The notes under the pieces are model-generated. The model had not been told where the DNA came from. It did not search any database and saw only the letters and a list, made by a program, of their open reading frames with translations. A stretch of 62,461 bases of DNA, counting the filler, from Choristocarpus tenellus KU-1152 (taxonomy: Eukaryota > Protista > Phaeophyceae): the NCBI GenBank assembly GCA_964200185.2. It is 11 parts of 11 records of this genome, joined end to end, with 100 filler letters (N's around TTAATTAATTAA, not from the genome) between each part and the next. Parts side by side here need not be neighbours in the genome. Positions count along the whole stretch, not along the records: positions 1 to 3,832 come from CAXNAD020017680.1; positions 3,933 to 12,630 come from CAXNAD020004433.1; 9 more parts are not named here. One strand, 5' to 3'. Position numbers and translations under genes: made by a program. The number at the start of each line of letters is the position of its first letter. Within the stretch, counting starts at the first letter, position 1. Positions 1-11,559 of this stretch are shown in pieces.

Positions 1-63
1 AGTGAAAATCGAAAAAAGGGTGAAAAACAGACGCCGACACCCCCCCCCCAGATACTTTGACCC
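1..63 (-). mobile_element. Terminus of Sola-like element family C (contig-truncated)
   Basis: Reverse complement reads GGGTCAAAGTATCTGGGG...GTGTCGGCGTC...TTTTTTCGATTTTCACT and aligns with 24261-24325 and 57916 onward. It shares the AAAGTATCT TIR core with the MITE families. Confidence 0.65.
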
Positions 64-2860
64 AGATATCGTGCATCTACGTGTGTGCCGTCCATTCCAC
101 CATTCCACAGATCCACAGATTGGGTTCTATACTTTTCCTGAAGGGATTAAAAGAAAAAAAGCTAAGCATGTGTAAACAAACGCGATACTCTGTCTCTACT
201 CCCTCCACCTTATTGCTTCATACCTCGGGTAGTCTACCTGATGATGAACCAGAATACACCTAAGTGGGACAAGCCTCCCTTGCAATGGAAGCGTTGACTG
301 TGTATGGGGTGAGGAGAGTGAGGTAGGTCAAAATGCAGTGATTGGCAGAATAGTCTCAAACTTGACGGTGGAAGTGAAATCTATGGCAGTTTTATGTATG
401 TAGTGTCTGTACCTCAGCCCGGGAGTCGTGTTGCGAACAACTGCTAGGGGTCATTGGTTAGCCGTATTAAACGTTTGACATCTAGTCGAAATCATGATTG
501 TTGATCTGATAAGGAACGTGTGCTGTTGAGTATGGAAGCCGTTGTTGCCTGCACTGTTGAAGTATACCACTGCTCATGAATTTGATGGTGTTCTATAAGT
601 AGAGGGTACAGGCTATGTAAATAATTATGCGACAAGTAACCATCTGGAAGTCCAGGAGGAGACGCACAAAACATTGGTTCGCCTGATATACAAGTAGCAG
701 AGGAGATCTCCTTCTAAAATTGCGTGAATTTGTTAACTAGAACAGGGGGGATGCAGGCGCAATTCATACTGAGCCAGAAGATGTACTATTTATAATAAGA
801 TTATTCTTGCTAGAGAACCCAGAGGTGCTCCGAAAGATTTCTCCGTCCATGCCTCCCTCTCCGTTTAGTCCCTCCTTGTCCACTTTTTCCTTCCGACATC
901 AAAGCTCGTGTTTTCACTAACACCATGGCCCTGGTCCCGCCTATGGTTGGTCTGAACCTCATCTGTGTTAATGAATCTCATTTAAATATATATTTTTTAC
1001 TCTTCCCTTGGTCTGTCTCCAGCTCATCCGTTCTCTTAGCCACCCTACCGCTCTGATCGACCTATAATCTGCCACAGGATCACACGGTCTACACTCTGTA
1101 GAACTCACTAGTACTTTAGGTGCACTCTCCGAAAAGCTTTTTGAACTGTCATATTTGTTCAGTAATGTGCAGTAGCAAAGAATGCCTTGTTGCTACAGAA
1201 TACAACTCCAGTCAATGTGAAAGAACGGCACAGAAGTAATTTGTTCAGGTATCTGAGGTTTTGAAGAACGGAACATCCCCTTAGAGCATGTGATTCATTG
1301 TCAATAAATATACATAGGTCCAGTTTGCAAAAACCTTAATGTTGTGAATCGAACGGTCTTACATATGAGTACAAATTCAACAGGCTCAAAATAACTTTTG
1401 ATGTCGTCGTTAGAATAGAAACGCTGCTCCCCAAAGGAATATCAGGACACAGAGCATAATCAACACGCACAAATGCAAAAAATATCCAATCAGCAAATAG
1501 ATACGATATCGATATCTATGGCACTTTTCTATTGATTCTGTGCTAGGCTAGCGATTGGATCATGACACTAAAAAAACTGCAAAGCCATCACATCAACATG
1601 CTCTGATTTGTTGGCATCAACATCATCGATGATTAGAATTGGACAAGGGCAAAGGGATTCATAGTTATACTGCCATAAGCCTTCGTGCTGAAGATACAGG
1701 TGCTGGTGAAGGCATTAATATAAAGAGCTCCAATATTGTCAAGGACTGTGCGCGTTCAGACGATCATGAGCCAATGCATTGCTGTTGGCCACAGGATAAA
1801 GTGATGTTGTGGCTCTGTGATTTGGGTGCTGCCATAGATTTGGTGGGCGCTGTCATAATTAAGCACTGGCTATCCTCTTCAACCATGTAGAACTCCTCAC
1901 TTTACGAATAATAAACAGTGAGGGTTTCCCTCTCAACCCCAGAATCAGTCACTCGAGCAGTGAGCCAAAGTAAAGGAGAGGTACCCAGGTTTCAGTCGTT
2001 TTTCATTTTAATGGAGACTGTGCAGGAGACAGTGCCATCTGCCAGGTGTATCTCAGTACTAATGCAGCAGGACGCCTGTTCTAAGATAACACTAGTATAT
2101 GGTAGATAGTGGTCCCTGATACACCAATATATTTCTTTGTTTATACACCCCTACTATAGCTTGCCCTCACAAGGAATGTCACAACAGAAAAGTACAACAC
2201 CTACAAAAAAACTATTCCCAACTAAAGTTGACTAGTTCATGTGCTAACTCAGCCCATAACTTTATTGTTGTAGAATTAGTTGAAAAGCGAAAGAAAGCAA
2301 TGTAGTAAGTGAGGAGTTAGGTATGGCTATGTTTATGCATCAACAGCCAGACATGTCTAGAAACACTACAAAGCTGCACATGGACAGGTCAAGTAGAAAG
2401 CGTGGCACAGTTGTCCAGTGTTGTACACCTTCCCCCCTATTGTACATAACTGGAAGCTTCACCAATCCTATTTCATCTCTCCTTCACAAAATCCATCCTC
2501 CTTCTCCAGCCCACTCCATATTTTTCAATCAAAATCTCAAGCCACTCCTGGCTAGGATCGTGTACACTCACAAGAGTCTATTAGAGAATGTTTGCAATAA
2601 CACAGGCTAGGAATAATCTCACATCAAGAACAACCAAAGACATTAATCACAAGACAAGAAAACTATGTGGTAAGGTTTGTAGAGAATAGGAGGTGCACTA
2701 GTGCTAGAGGTAGATGGCCAGATCCACTTCCCCCTCCCCGATCATAGACTCTGCTTACACAAGGTAAAATATACAAGGACTTGTCACTGCCATGCCTTAA
2801 TTCATTGTGCAATTGATATGTACGCAGACTAGTACAATAATATTTTCAATACTACCACAG

Positions 2861-3734
2861 CTAGCCTGCAGAAATAGCAGTGCCAACCGTTGACTGTGTA
2901 GGCAAGGCTCGAACAGCTACCATGGTTGCTCTTGCAGCAGCAGCAGGTGCAGAAAAGCGACGAATGAGGTCTTTCTGGCGCTCCTCAGCACGTACGCGTT
3001 CACGGTCTGCCTCATTCTTTTCAGCTAGACTAGTGGCATCTTCAAAACGGTGACCATTGTCTGCCCACCATGCAGCAGCACGGGCCTCGGTGAAGCGCTC
3101 TGTGTCAAAAACGGCGGAGATAACCTTCTCCTCATGAGGGGGTGACTCCATTTTTCCAACTAGAAGTGACACCCCTGGTGTTCGAGTTACTCGGTCCTTG
3201 CGTTTGTACATGCTTGTGAGGAGAAAGCGCGACACGTCCCGAACCCTGTAGTGACCCTTCCCCCCATCATCTACCTTATGGAAGAAGGAACCCTTGACAA
3301 AGGTATCTATTTCCTCCTCCCCTTTCTCCTCCTCTACCTCTTCCCCTTCCTCCCCCCCCTCCCCCCCCTCCCTCTCGCTCCCCTCTCCCCCACCCTTTTT
3401 CCCCTTTCCCTCCCCCCCCCCCCCCTCTCCTCCCCCCCTCNNNNNNNNNNCCATTCAGTAATCTCTCTTCTCCAGATGACTTGTTCCTGTTGCCATCACT
3501 CCCACCCCCTTCGTCTCCAATAGTCTCCCTGTCATTGAATCCAACGCTCATCCTATTCCTGACGATACCCTCTGATCCATCTTCAGAATAATTGCCATCA
3601 ACAACATTGCTAAATGGTATGTCTTTGAGTGTTCCAACGGGAGCTGTTGCTCGGCGTGCGGAGATTGGCTGTCCCCCCTCACTTGGGTCCGCAGTTAGAA
3701 GCAGGCGATATGGGAAGAGGCAGGCATTGTGCAT
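2861..3734 (-). CDS. Terminal exon of an unknown protein: low-complexity G/E linker, then a ~75-aa globular domain resembling a phage/archaeal-virus head-protein-associated domain
   Basis: Open frames on both sides of a 10-N gap (3734-3451 and 3440-2861) ending in TAG. Protein-like C-terminal segment HYRVRDVSRF...GVSLLVG...VISAVFDTERFTEARAAAWWADN. The start lies outside or is unresolved. Confidence 0.6.
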
Positions 3735-3832
3735 GGTGTCCGGAAGAGCACAGGGGGGTTATTGAGTTTGCGTGGCCATTACTCAGCACAGGTCGACCCT
3801 ACATATCAAGAACCTCCTTGGCGACGATAGGG

Positions 3833-3932
3833 NNNNNNNNNNNNNNNNNNNNNNNNNNNNNNNNNNNNNNNNNNNNTTAATTAATTAANNNNNNNNNNNN
3901 NNNNNNNNNNNNNNNNNNNNNNNNNNNNNNNN
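3833..3932. other. Artificial contig linker (N44-TTAATTAATTAA-N44); also at 12631, 17233, 24401, 34717, 37805, 44772, 51733, 55845, 59597
   Basis: An identical 100-nt spacer carrying a six-frame stop palindrome occurs 10 times. Confidence 0.98.
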
Positions 3933-4207
3933 CTACCAATAATCGACCATATCCCCGTGTAAACATCCGGACCACATACCCATGCTGCAATAAACCTCTA
4001 TATCCGTCTACACTGCCACACAGGCGCTGTCGTCTAGACTTGGCATCGCTACCCCAAGCAGGACCACCAAAGATGACATGATCCAAATGATCACTGCAAA
4101 ATATGCAGAACTGAGGGCGGACAATCTCATGACGGACGACTTGATATTCACTAAGTGCATGATGGGAGAGTCCACCCCCGACCTCAGGAGGAACAGGACC
4201 GAGGAGA
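3933..4207 (+). repeat. Inverted near-identical copy of transposase segment 7828-8102
   Basis: 275-bp reverse-complement match with few substitutions. ORFs 3877..4218(-) and 7778..8137(+) translate almost identically over this stretch. Confidence 0.9.
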
Positions 4208-4630
4208 TGTGTCCCCAAGTCTGAGTTGCCTAGAGAAGTGAGCAGTTATCCCACTGAGAGATTGACGGTTGGATTCCGAGGTGAACCTCTGGTATTGATC
4301 AGGCAGGATTGTGAATCTGTTATCCAGGTGGTTGCGTTCGATGTCTGTGAAGTCTGGGATGATGATAGCCTGAAGGGGCACGACGCGGGGACCCGGTTGT
4401 GCGTCCTGCATCACCACAAACATGTTAATTGCGGGGGTTGAGTTGGTGTGTAGGACGACTGGAATGTGTTTGCGCGTTATGACCTGGTTTGGCTCTACAG
4501 GGGTGTTTTGTCTGTTGAGGTTTTAAAGAAACGGATAGTTATTGTGTATGATAGAGGATACACTTAGACAGCGGAATGAACGGATGGGATGCGCTTATTT
4601 GTACTACCTAAGTTGTGAAATATTATGTTA

Positions 4631-4948
4631 AAGGTGTCAGTGGCTGTTGCAGACCAGGAGAACAAAATGCCACTGATTTGGATGTCAAGATTGGACATTA
4701 TGGGAGAAATCCACGTTGGTTAGAGGGGATGTAAGGGGATATGTGAGATCTGTATCTGTATATGGACAGGGTGGAATCATTCGTGTGGGAAGGTGTCAGT
4801 GGCTGTTGCAGACCAGCAGAACAAAATGCCACTGATTTGGATGTCAAGATTGGACATTATGGGAGAAATCCACGTTGGTTAGAGGGGATGTAAGGGGATA
4901 TGTGAGATTTCTATCTGTATATGGACAGGGTGGAATCATTCGTGTGGG
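4631..4948. repeat. Direct tandem duplication, 2 x 159 bp
   Basis: AAGGTGTCAGTGGCTGTTGCAGACC...ATCATTCGTGTGGG occurs at 4631 and 4790, nearly identical. Confidence 0.92.
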
Positions 4949-5619
4949 GCATTGTTCCCTTAGAAGCAATAAGAAGCGTTCTCACCTTGTCCGTCCTTGA
5001 AATTTGAATAGTTACCACTCCATCAAAGAAGCTAGCACTCAGCACCTTGAAGTCTTCAGTGACAAAGACGACCTCATCTCCAGCACTGAACATCCCTCTG
5101 TAGCTGGAGTGGTCTCTGGCGTTCCATTGAACCGTGTCCTTGCGGTGGACAGTGAATGGCAAGAACTCTATACCATTGTACTCCGATGGCTGCGTCTGTA
5201 CAATGCATATGTTCCCCTCGGCCAGCTGTCTCTTCTTCCTCGACAGCTGAATCTCAGATACATATCACCCGTTCCTGCTTCTGTGGAAAATCCGAGGTCT
5301 ATCTCCTTGAGCGGGGGCACATGGGTGAGCTGCCACCTGCATTGGGCCAGGTTGCCGATGGAACAGTTTTCCAGTAGCACAACAGTTCGGTGTATATCAA
5401 TATAGGGGAGCCTCCGGATTTGAGCCGACCAGTGAAGAACCTGTGCATGGACTTGATCCCACTGAGGTTTGGGACACGTGGGTTTTGTTGTCCCGCACTG
5501 TCGGTCTTGTAAGACGGAAGGTGGATTATCTCCTGTGTGCGGAACGTGTCGATGTATAGAAGTTTCGCATACGTGTTACTGTGCTGTCTGTCGTCCCTGT
5601 CCGTCCAATCCTAAGGGTT

Positions 5620-6730
5620 GTGGTGATTGTGCGTGTAAGGGGAGGGGCAGTACGTGTTGGAGTTAGTGTCGTCACCAAGGCATTGTGCTGTGACCGATTC
5701 GATGTGGTCGCATTTTCTTTGTATTGATAAGTGATACCTATCGCTGTAAGGAGTGTTTGGTAACGATGGATGGCAGTGAGTGATGAAACCCGAAACTTGG
5801 AGTTTTGGTTAGTTTGCAGATTGGCAGAGACTTCCGAAAAATAGAGGGCGATGGTTGCAAGACCGCAAGGATTTTGTGCGGTCGGTTAAGAGGTGGGTAT
5901 GAGCGATCATACTGTGATTCGTGTCGTGGGCATGAAGGGAAGGCACGGATATGACATAATGGGTCGACGAAATCTATTGCCTTGGTGAAATGTATGGGTT
6001 AGAAAGGGGCGGGAGGGTGCAGAGTGTTGCGAGTTGCAAACAGGGATTAATTATTGTGAGTGGGGAAAATCATACACGTGGTTCATGTGGTATCTATTCC
6101 TGCAGCAAGCGATGGATATGTGGCCGACATTGTTACGTGAAAGGAAAAAATAGCTTGGAGTTTTGGGTTAGTTTACCGATTGGCAGACTCATTCTAAATC
6201 AAGGGCGATGGTTCCAAGTGTGCACGGACAGTGTGCGGTCGTCGATTAATAAAAGCATATGTGCATTTATCATGAGATTTGTGGTGTCAACGCAAGGGAA
6301 GGTGCGGATGTGACATAATGGGCCAACGATATGTATTGCGTGTTTAGTGTATGGGTTATCAAGGGGCGGGAGGATGCAGACTGATGCGAGTGGCAAGGAG
6401 GGATCAGGTCTATGGGGCGGGGAGAATCATGCATGTAGTGTGTGTGGTATGTATTCCTGCAACAAGCGATGGGTATATGGTCGACGTTGGCACTAGAAAG
6501 AAAAGAGGAACTTGTAATTTTGTGCGAGTTTACCGATTGGCAGACTTGTACAAAAAAAGGCGGCAATGGTTATAACTATGCATAGACTCTGTGCAGTCAT
6601 TTCATAAGTGAATTGTGTTATCTTGATGCAATGCCTCGTGTCGACATGAAGGGAGTGACGGATGTGGCATAAGTTCGAGCGGTACATGTTGAGTGTTTGT
6701 TGCATGTGTGGGAAAGGGGCGTACGTGTTG
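5620..6730. repeat. Diverged ~358-bp tandem repeat (about 3 units) inside a transposase intron
   Basis: The anchor GATTGGCAGA...GGC(G/A)ATGGTT recurs in units starting near 5800, 6157 and 6514. Confidence 0.7.
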
Positions 6731-8595
6731 GGGTTGTCGCCAGTGGCAAACAGACGCCGAACTTTGTGAGTGGGGGGGGGGATCGTCGTGTGGAGTGTGC
6801 CTACCTTTGTGACGATTGTCTGCCCAGGAGGAACCTTATGACCTTTGCGGTAGCGCCCCTCTTCCTCTGGTGTCGGATCCCTCAACGTGTACTGAGTTTT
6901 GGTTGCCTTGATTGTATCCACTAGGGATGAGGTTCCTGGCATGTGCACCCCGTGTAGTTCCAGTCTCCTGGCAGCAGACTTCACCACAGCCCCGACTCCA
7001 TCAGACAAGGACTTGCCGTGACAGGAGGCAAAGAAATTGTGTACCACGGAAATTCCCATCCGCGCTAAAGTCTGTGAAACCCACCACATCTGCCATCTGT
7101 TCTTGAATTGACTCCCGCAGCCATAAGACCAGATGTGCAGAACCTCTAGAGTTTGTCCGTATTCACTGGCTAGAGGTATTAGGCGGTCTTTGACAAACAT
7201 CTCCACGGCGTTCTGGACGAACTCGTTGTCTTAGCTTTGGTCTTCACTGCACACCGTCATGCTGTGAGCCCAAACCCTTCCCTTCCAAAGATTTCCCTCT
7301 TCTCTGAGATCCGTCAACCACCAGAAAATGGTCAGAAGCGCCGTAAGGAGTAGGTTAAAGAACTCTTGTTGTGTCAAGTCTTTGGGGAATGTGTTGCTGG
7401 TGGGCGCTGAAGTCCATGGACATGGCGGCATGTCCTTTGGGGAGGCGGGATTTGCAGTGTTTGTATTGTTGCGCCTGCCAAATGGTGGTGTTGTGATGAA
7501 GGAAGAAGCTCTTGTCGAAGTTTGCAAATATGACTTTTAGGAGTGTGGGGAATCCCTCCGTCCTTGGGAACAGCACCTGCATCGAACGGGCCAGGTGGTC
7601 GCGTATCGAGCGTTGTTGCTGGTCATAGGTCGCGGTGATTCAGGCTTAGTTGTGGTGTAACCGATTATGTACGGTGCTGTTGGACGGAGTATCTCGGTGT
7701 ATTGTTTGACCAATACGCCGTGTGACACATTCAATGTACACTGTAATTAATGGTGGAATGAAACTGTCGCTCACCTTTTGCCTCCGGCTGTGTTTGTCCG
7801 TAGACCCTGTGGCGTCTTTGTCATCGTTCTCCTCGGTCCTGTTCCTCCTGAGGTCGGGGGTGGACTCTCCCATCATGCACTTAGCGAATATCAAGTCGTC
7901 CGTCATGAGATTGTCCGCCCTCAGCTCCGCATATTTTGCAGTGATCATTTGGATCATGTCATCTTTGGTGGTCCTGCTTGGGGTGGCGATGCCAAGTCTA
8001 GACGACAGCGCCTGTGTGGCAGTGTAGACGGATATAGAGGTTTATTGCAGCATGGGTATGTGGTCCGGATGTTTACACGGGGATATGGTCGATTATTGGT
8101 AGGGCAGGTTGCTGCGTCGGTCCTGGACCCGGCGTGAGGGTGGAATCGGACAAGTTCGTCTTCAAATTGTAATTGGTTGGAGAGTGTTTGGATAAGGCTC
8201 ACCTTTATTTCCTGGCAAGCATTTTGTTGCAGATCCGCCTCCACCACCGGGGTGTACATGTGGACGAACTCATTCCACGTGACACGGGTGCTGTGAGAGT
8301 CTAAAATACAAGGGCACTTCCACATGGGATGAGATTTCCAGTCACGCCTGTCACATGTACCGTCGATACAGGAATGTTTGAAACTGCCCAAGGAACCGCC
8401 AGAGGACGGTTCGCTGAGGGGTTCCAGCACGGTCCTCTTGCATCTGTTTTGTTTTGATCAGTCCACGAGCGGTTTTTGTTGTCGGTGTAGAGGTTTGAGT
8501 AGCCGATCAAACGTCACTAGGGTAGTCCGGCTGTAACTGCCATATATGTAGAGGATGTAGTGAAATGGTTTGAGGGTGAGTTCGTTGGTGTGTAT

Positions 8596-8854
8596 GAGCC
8601 AAAGTATCTTAGAGGGTAGAGTCGCGTCCATTTGGGGACCAAAATCTGATGATGCAATTTTGATATAATTTTGACTATATATTTGTTAGGAGATGTCAAT
8701 ATCCTTGTCTGGACACTCCTTTTTATAACGTATACATTTTACCTACTCTGAAACATTTTGGAGTAGGTAAAAAATGTAAATAAAAACTCATGGGAAGCCA
8801 AGCCCCACATGGACAAACAGGACAAAATTCGTACCCTCTAAGATACTTTCACTC
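8596..8854 (+). mobile_element. MITE family A (259 bp), Sola-like, 4-bp TSD GTAT
   Basis: TIRs GAGCCAAAGTATCTTAGAGGGTA ... TACCCTCTAAGATACTTTCACTC. GTAT flanks at 8592-8595 and 8855-8858. Confidence 0.92.
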
Positions 8855-11378
8855 GTATCTACAGTGGTTTCATTATTTTGGATACCATTACAGCTCGTCG
8901 CGATAGCACATTCGCCACATCGCGGATGTGGTTTAGAAGACAAGCTTACAAGAGAAGGGTCGTTAGATGAGCACCACTTTCGAGTGCGGTCTCCACTTCC
9001 TTTGACCCGCATCCTTTGCCTTTGTCGCAGGATGCGCATGTGCATGCGCAAGTGCATTGTCCATCGTCGCTAAAGCTCGTACTCGCATGTACTTTCTTCC
9101 AGTTCTCTCTTAGGCACTGAACCTGGAGGTCAGTGGTCATATAGTGAATGCAAACGCACGATCTGTGTTGCGTGGGAGAGTGGGGGGAGGGATACGATGG
9201 GTTAGCATCCCTTGTGTGTGGACACTGATGATGCAGTATGTGACTGGGTATCCTGTGGCGGTTAGGAAACATAGAGTTGCCCAGTCGTCACTGTAGTGTG
9301 TGCCCTAAATTCGATAGACTATTTCCGCACATAACTTGGCGTGGCCTTTGTGATGTAGAACGGTCTCCACTTCACGAATGTCGACAGACAAGGCATTGGT
9401 CCTGAAGTCCCCTCCTGTTCGAATCTCTCCTTGAAGTTGGCGTAGACATCCTCATCTGTCCCAATCTTTGACCTGTTGTGACGTCGGTTGCACCATGTAT
9501 ACGTAGTGTAATGTCGCAGGTTTGCTGGAGGGTGAATATGTTACACAATGATTAATCCATAAAGTGTTGAGGGTGGATACGTGCAATATTTGTGAGGATG
9601 ACACTCGCTAGTGTAGAGTACCTCTGAGCGTATTGTTGGCACAGTGCATCCGGGCGGCAAACTCTCTTGTTCGTATGCGGGTCTAAGTAGTGCATTCCCT
9701 GAGTGGAATCATGAGATGTGACCGGATCGTGGGGCATGGCGGTGCTGTTGCTCTCCCATACGGTGATACCCAGAACATGTGTATCAGGATGCTGTACATC
9801 GAACTGTCACGAGGAGCTCTCCCTTCTCACGTCGAACACCCTTGGTCTGCCGTTTTGTGTGAGGTAATGATGGGAGATGTGGGGCGTGTGTCAGTTGTGC
9901 AGCAGAATATGAGGGATCATCCGGGCATCCCTGTTAGTGATGAAATGGTTTTCGACATACAGTGGATGTGTTTGCCCGGGGGCCAAGTTGTGTGTGTCAC
10001 ACCGTTGATGGTTGCGGAAAACGAACTTCCATACTCCTGTGGGCGGTGCCTCGAGTAAAGTTGTGAGGGGCGTGTGTGTTGGAGCGGGGAGACAATCCCC
10101 CAGTGTCATCTGCAGCCGATGCAGAGGGGCTCACCTGTCGCCGCATGTCTCGTATGAATTCTGTGCGTTTTTTGGCGGATGACCTTAGTGTGTCGATGTT
10201 GATGTCGTATTTTCTTGCTGTGACGGACAGAAGGGTTTGAAATGTCAATGTCACCCCGTCGTCGCCTATTTCGACATCAGGAGCAATGCCGACGAGGATG
10301 GATTTGTACACCTGGCGGGCATGCTCGGTGCTAAGATCTTTCTTTACACATTCGAGGAATGTGTAAGCCTGGAGATCAGGCGTGGACTCGCGTTGTTCCC
10401 GAGTCAACACAACTCGCAGCACGCTTGCCAACGGTGCAAATCTGCTTTTCTCATCCAACAACCAAGAGGCAAGGTCATTCCAAGTGCGGCCGCTTCCTTC
10501 CATCTCTTCTGAACCATCGTGGTTGAAAAACATGGAGATGAAGAGGTCCATTATCTGGTTCATTTTGGATTTCTTCCACGAACAGACGGCACTGGTCTTG
10601 GACAGCCTCTTTAGTCCCCGTTTCCTGAGTAGGATCCAAACGAGGTTACGATATGTGTTGGGTGGGTTTGTTTCCCTTTGACATTAGTGATCGATCCTCA
10701 TGATACGAATATAGATAGTGCTGCATATTTGTACGGGGGAAGGGGCTTGCACAATGGTTGGTTCCAAAGTGTTACACAGAGTACGGCCATGTTGGATGAC
10801 ACCCCACGTTCATGGAGAAGGGTATATTTGATTCATCGATAACCGAAACCGCCATAATCAGAATACCCTGAAAATGTGTACATTAGAACGCGGTCAATCG
10901 TGAGCCACATCTAGAAGGTTACGAAAACGTACGATGAAGCATGTAGGACGAAGTGGACGGGGTAGTGTATCGAACAGTAGAGTGTGTATGTTGATCTGAA
11001 TTTATTTTTGGGAAACAGTTGACAAGTGCATGGTGTGTGTTGCCCATGACACGATTGGCGCATGTATGTACTATATTTTACGTGTTCTGTCGAACGGTAA
11101 ACTAATGTGTACGATAGAGTTTGTGGTGGTTGGTACTCTGAACGTTTCGTGTCATGTCGGTCAATACATATCCCTGCGTGCACAAGCTTTCGTATGCATC
11201 CCTTTCTCTATACTAGGGGATATGAGGTCGCCATTGAGTTTGTGATACGTCGAGGACGATGCTTTAGAAGCGTGCGGCTTCGAAGAGGTTAGTGTGTGGA
11301 CAGCCGCAACTTTTGTCATAATTTGTTGTACAGTAAAGTATGGCGAAATTGACTTGAGGTGTGTGATTTGAAAAAAAT

Positions 11379-11559
11379 GGTTCAACGTGCCTGGGGGGGG
11401 GGGCAGCTGTCCATTTGGGGTCAATTTTTTGATATCGCGATTTTTGGGTCATTTGGTTGCATGTGTTGAATGGATAATTTGAGTGTACATTTCCTGGTTT
11501 TGGGCCAAATGGACACCCTGGTGTAGACCGCCCCCGCCCCCCCAGATACTTTGTGGGTC
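11379..11559 (-). mobile_element. MITE family B (~180 bp), TSD AAAT
   Basis: Homologous to 23538-23710 in the opposite orientation. Ends CCAGATACTTTGTGGGTC, with AAAT on both flanks. Confidence 0.8.

Larger units (their letters stand above)
4210..10700 (-). pseudogene. Decayed, intron-containing Sola2-like DDD transposase (copy 1)
   Basis: Ordered motifs on the minus strand: STFVKWRPFY (~9380), CVCIH (~9150), CIDGTCD (~8370), MDFSAHQQHIP/QDLTQQEFFN (catalytic D1, ~7410), HIWSYGCGSQFKN (D2 mutated to Y), NFFASCHGKSLSDGVGAVVK (D3), GIKSMHRF (~5450). Frameshifts and stops are present. The DF..SDG..QFKN..FFA.SHGK...DG pattern matches Sola2 transposases as I recall them. Boundaries are approximate. 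Confidence 0.75.

Noticed and set aside
3833-3932. Regularly recurring TTAATTAATTAA palindrome flanked by Ns
   Set aside because: Artificial scaffolding linker, not a biological repeat or a piggyBac site. ORFs ending in 'LIN' are artefacts of it.
11379-11559. Apparent 5' terminus of the autonomous transposon copy 1
   Set aside because: It has its own second degenerate TIR and an AAAT TSD, so it is a self-contained family-B MITE.
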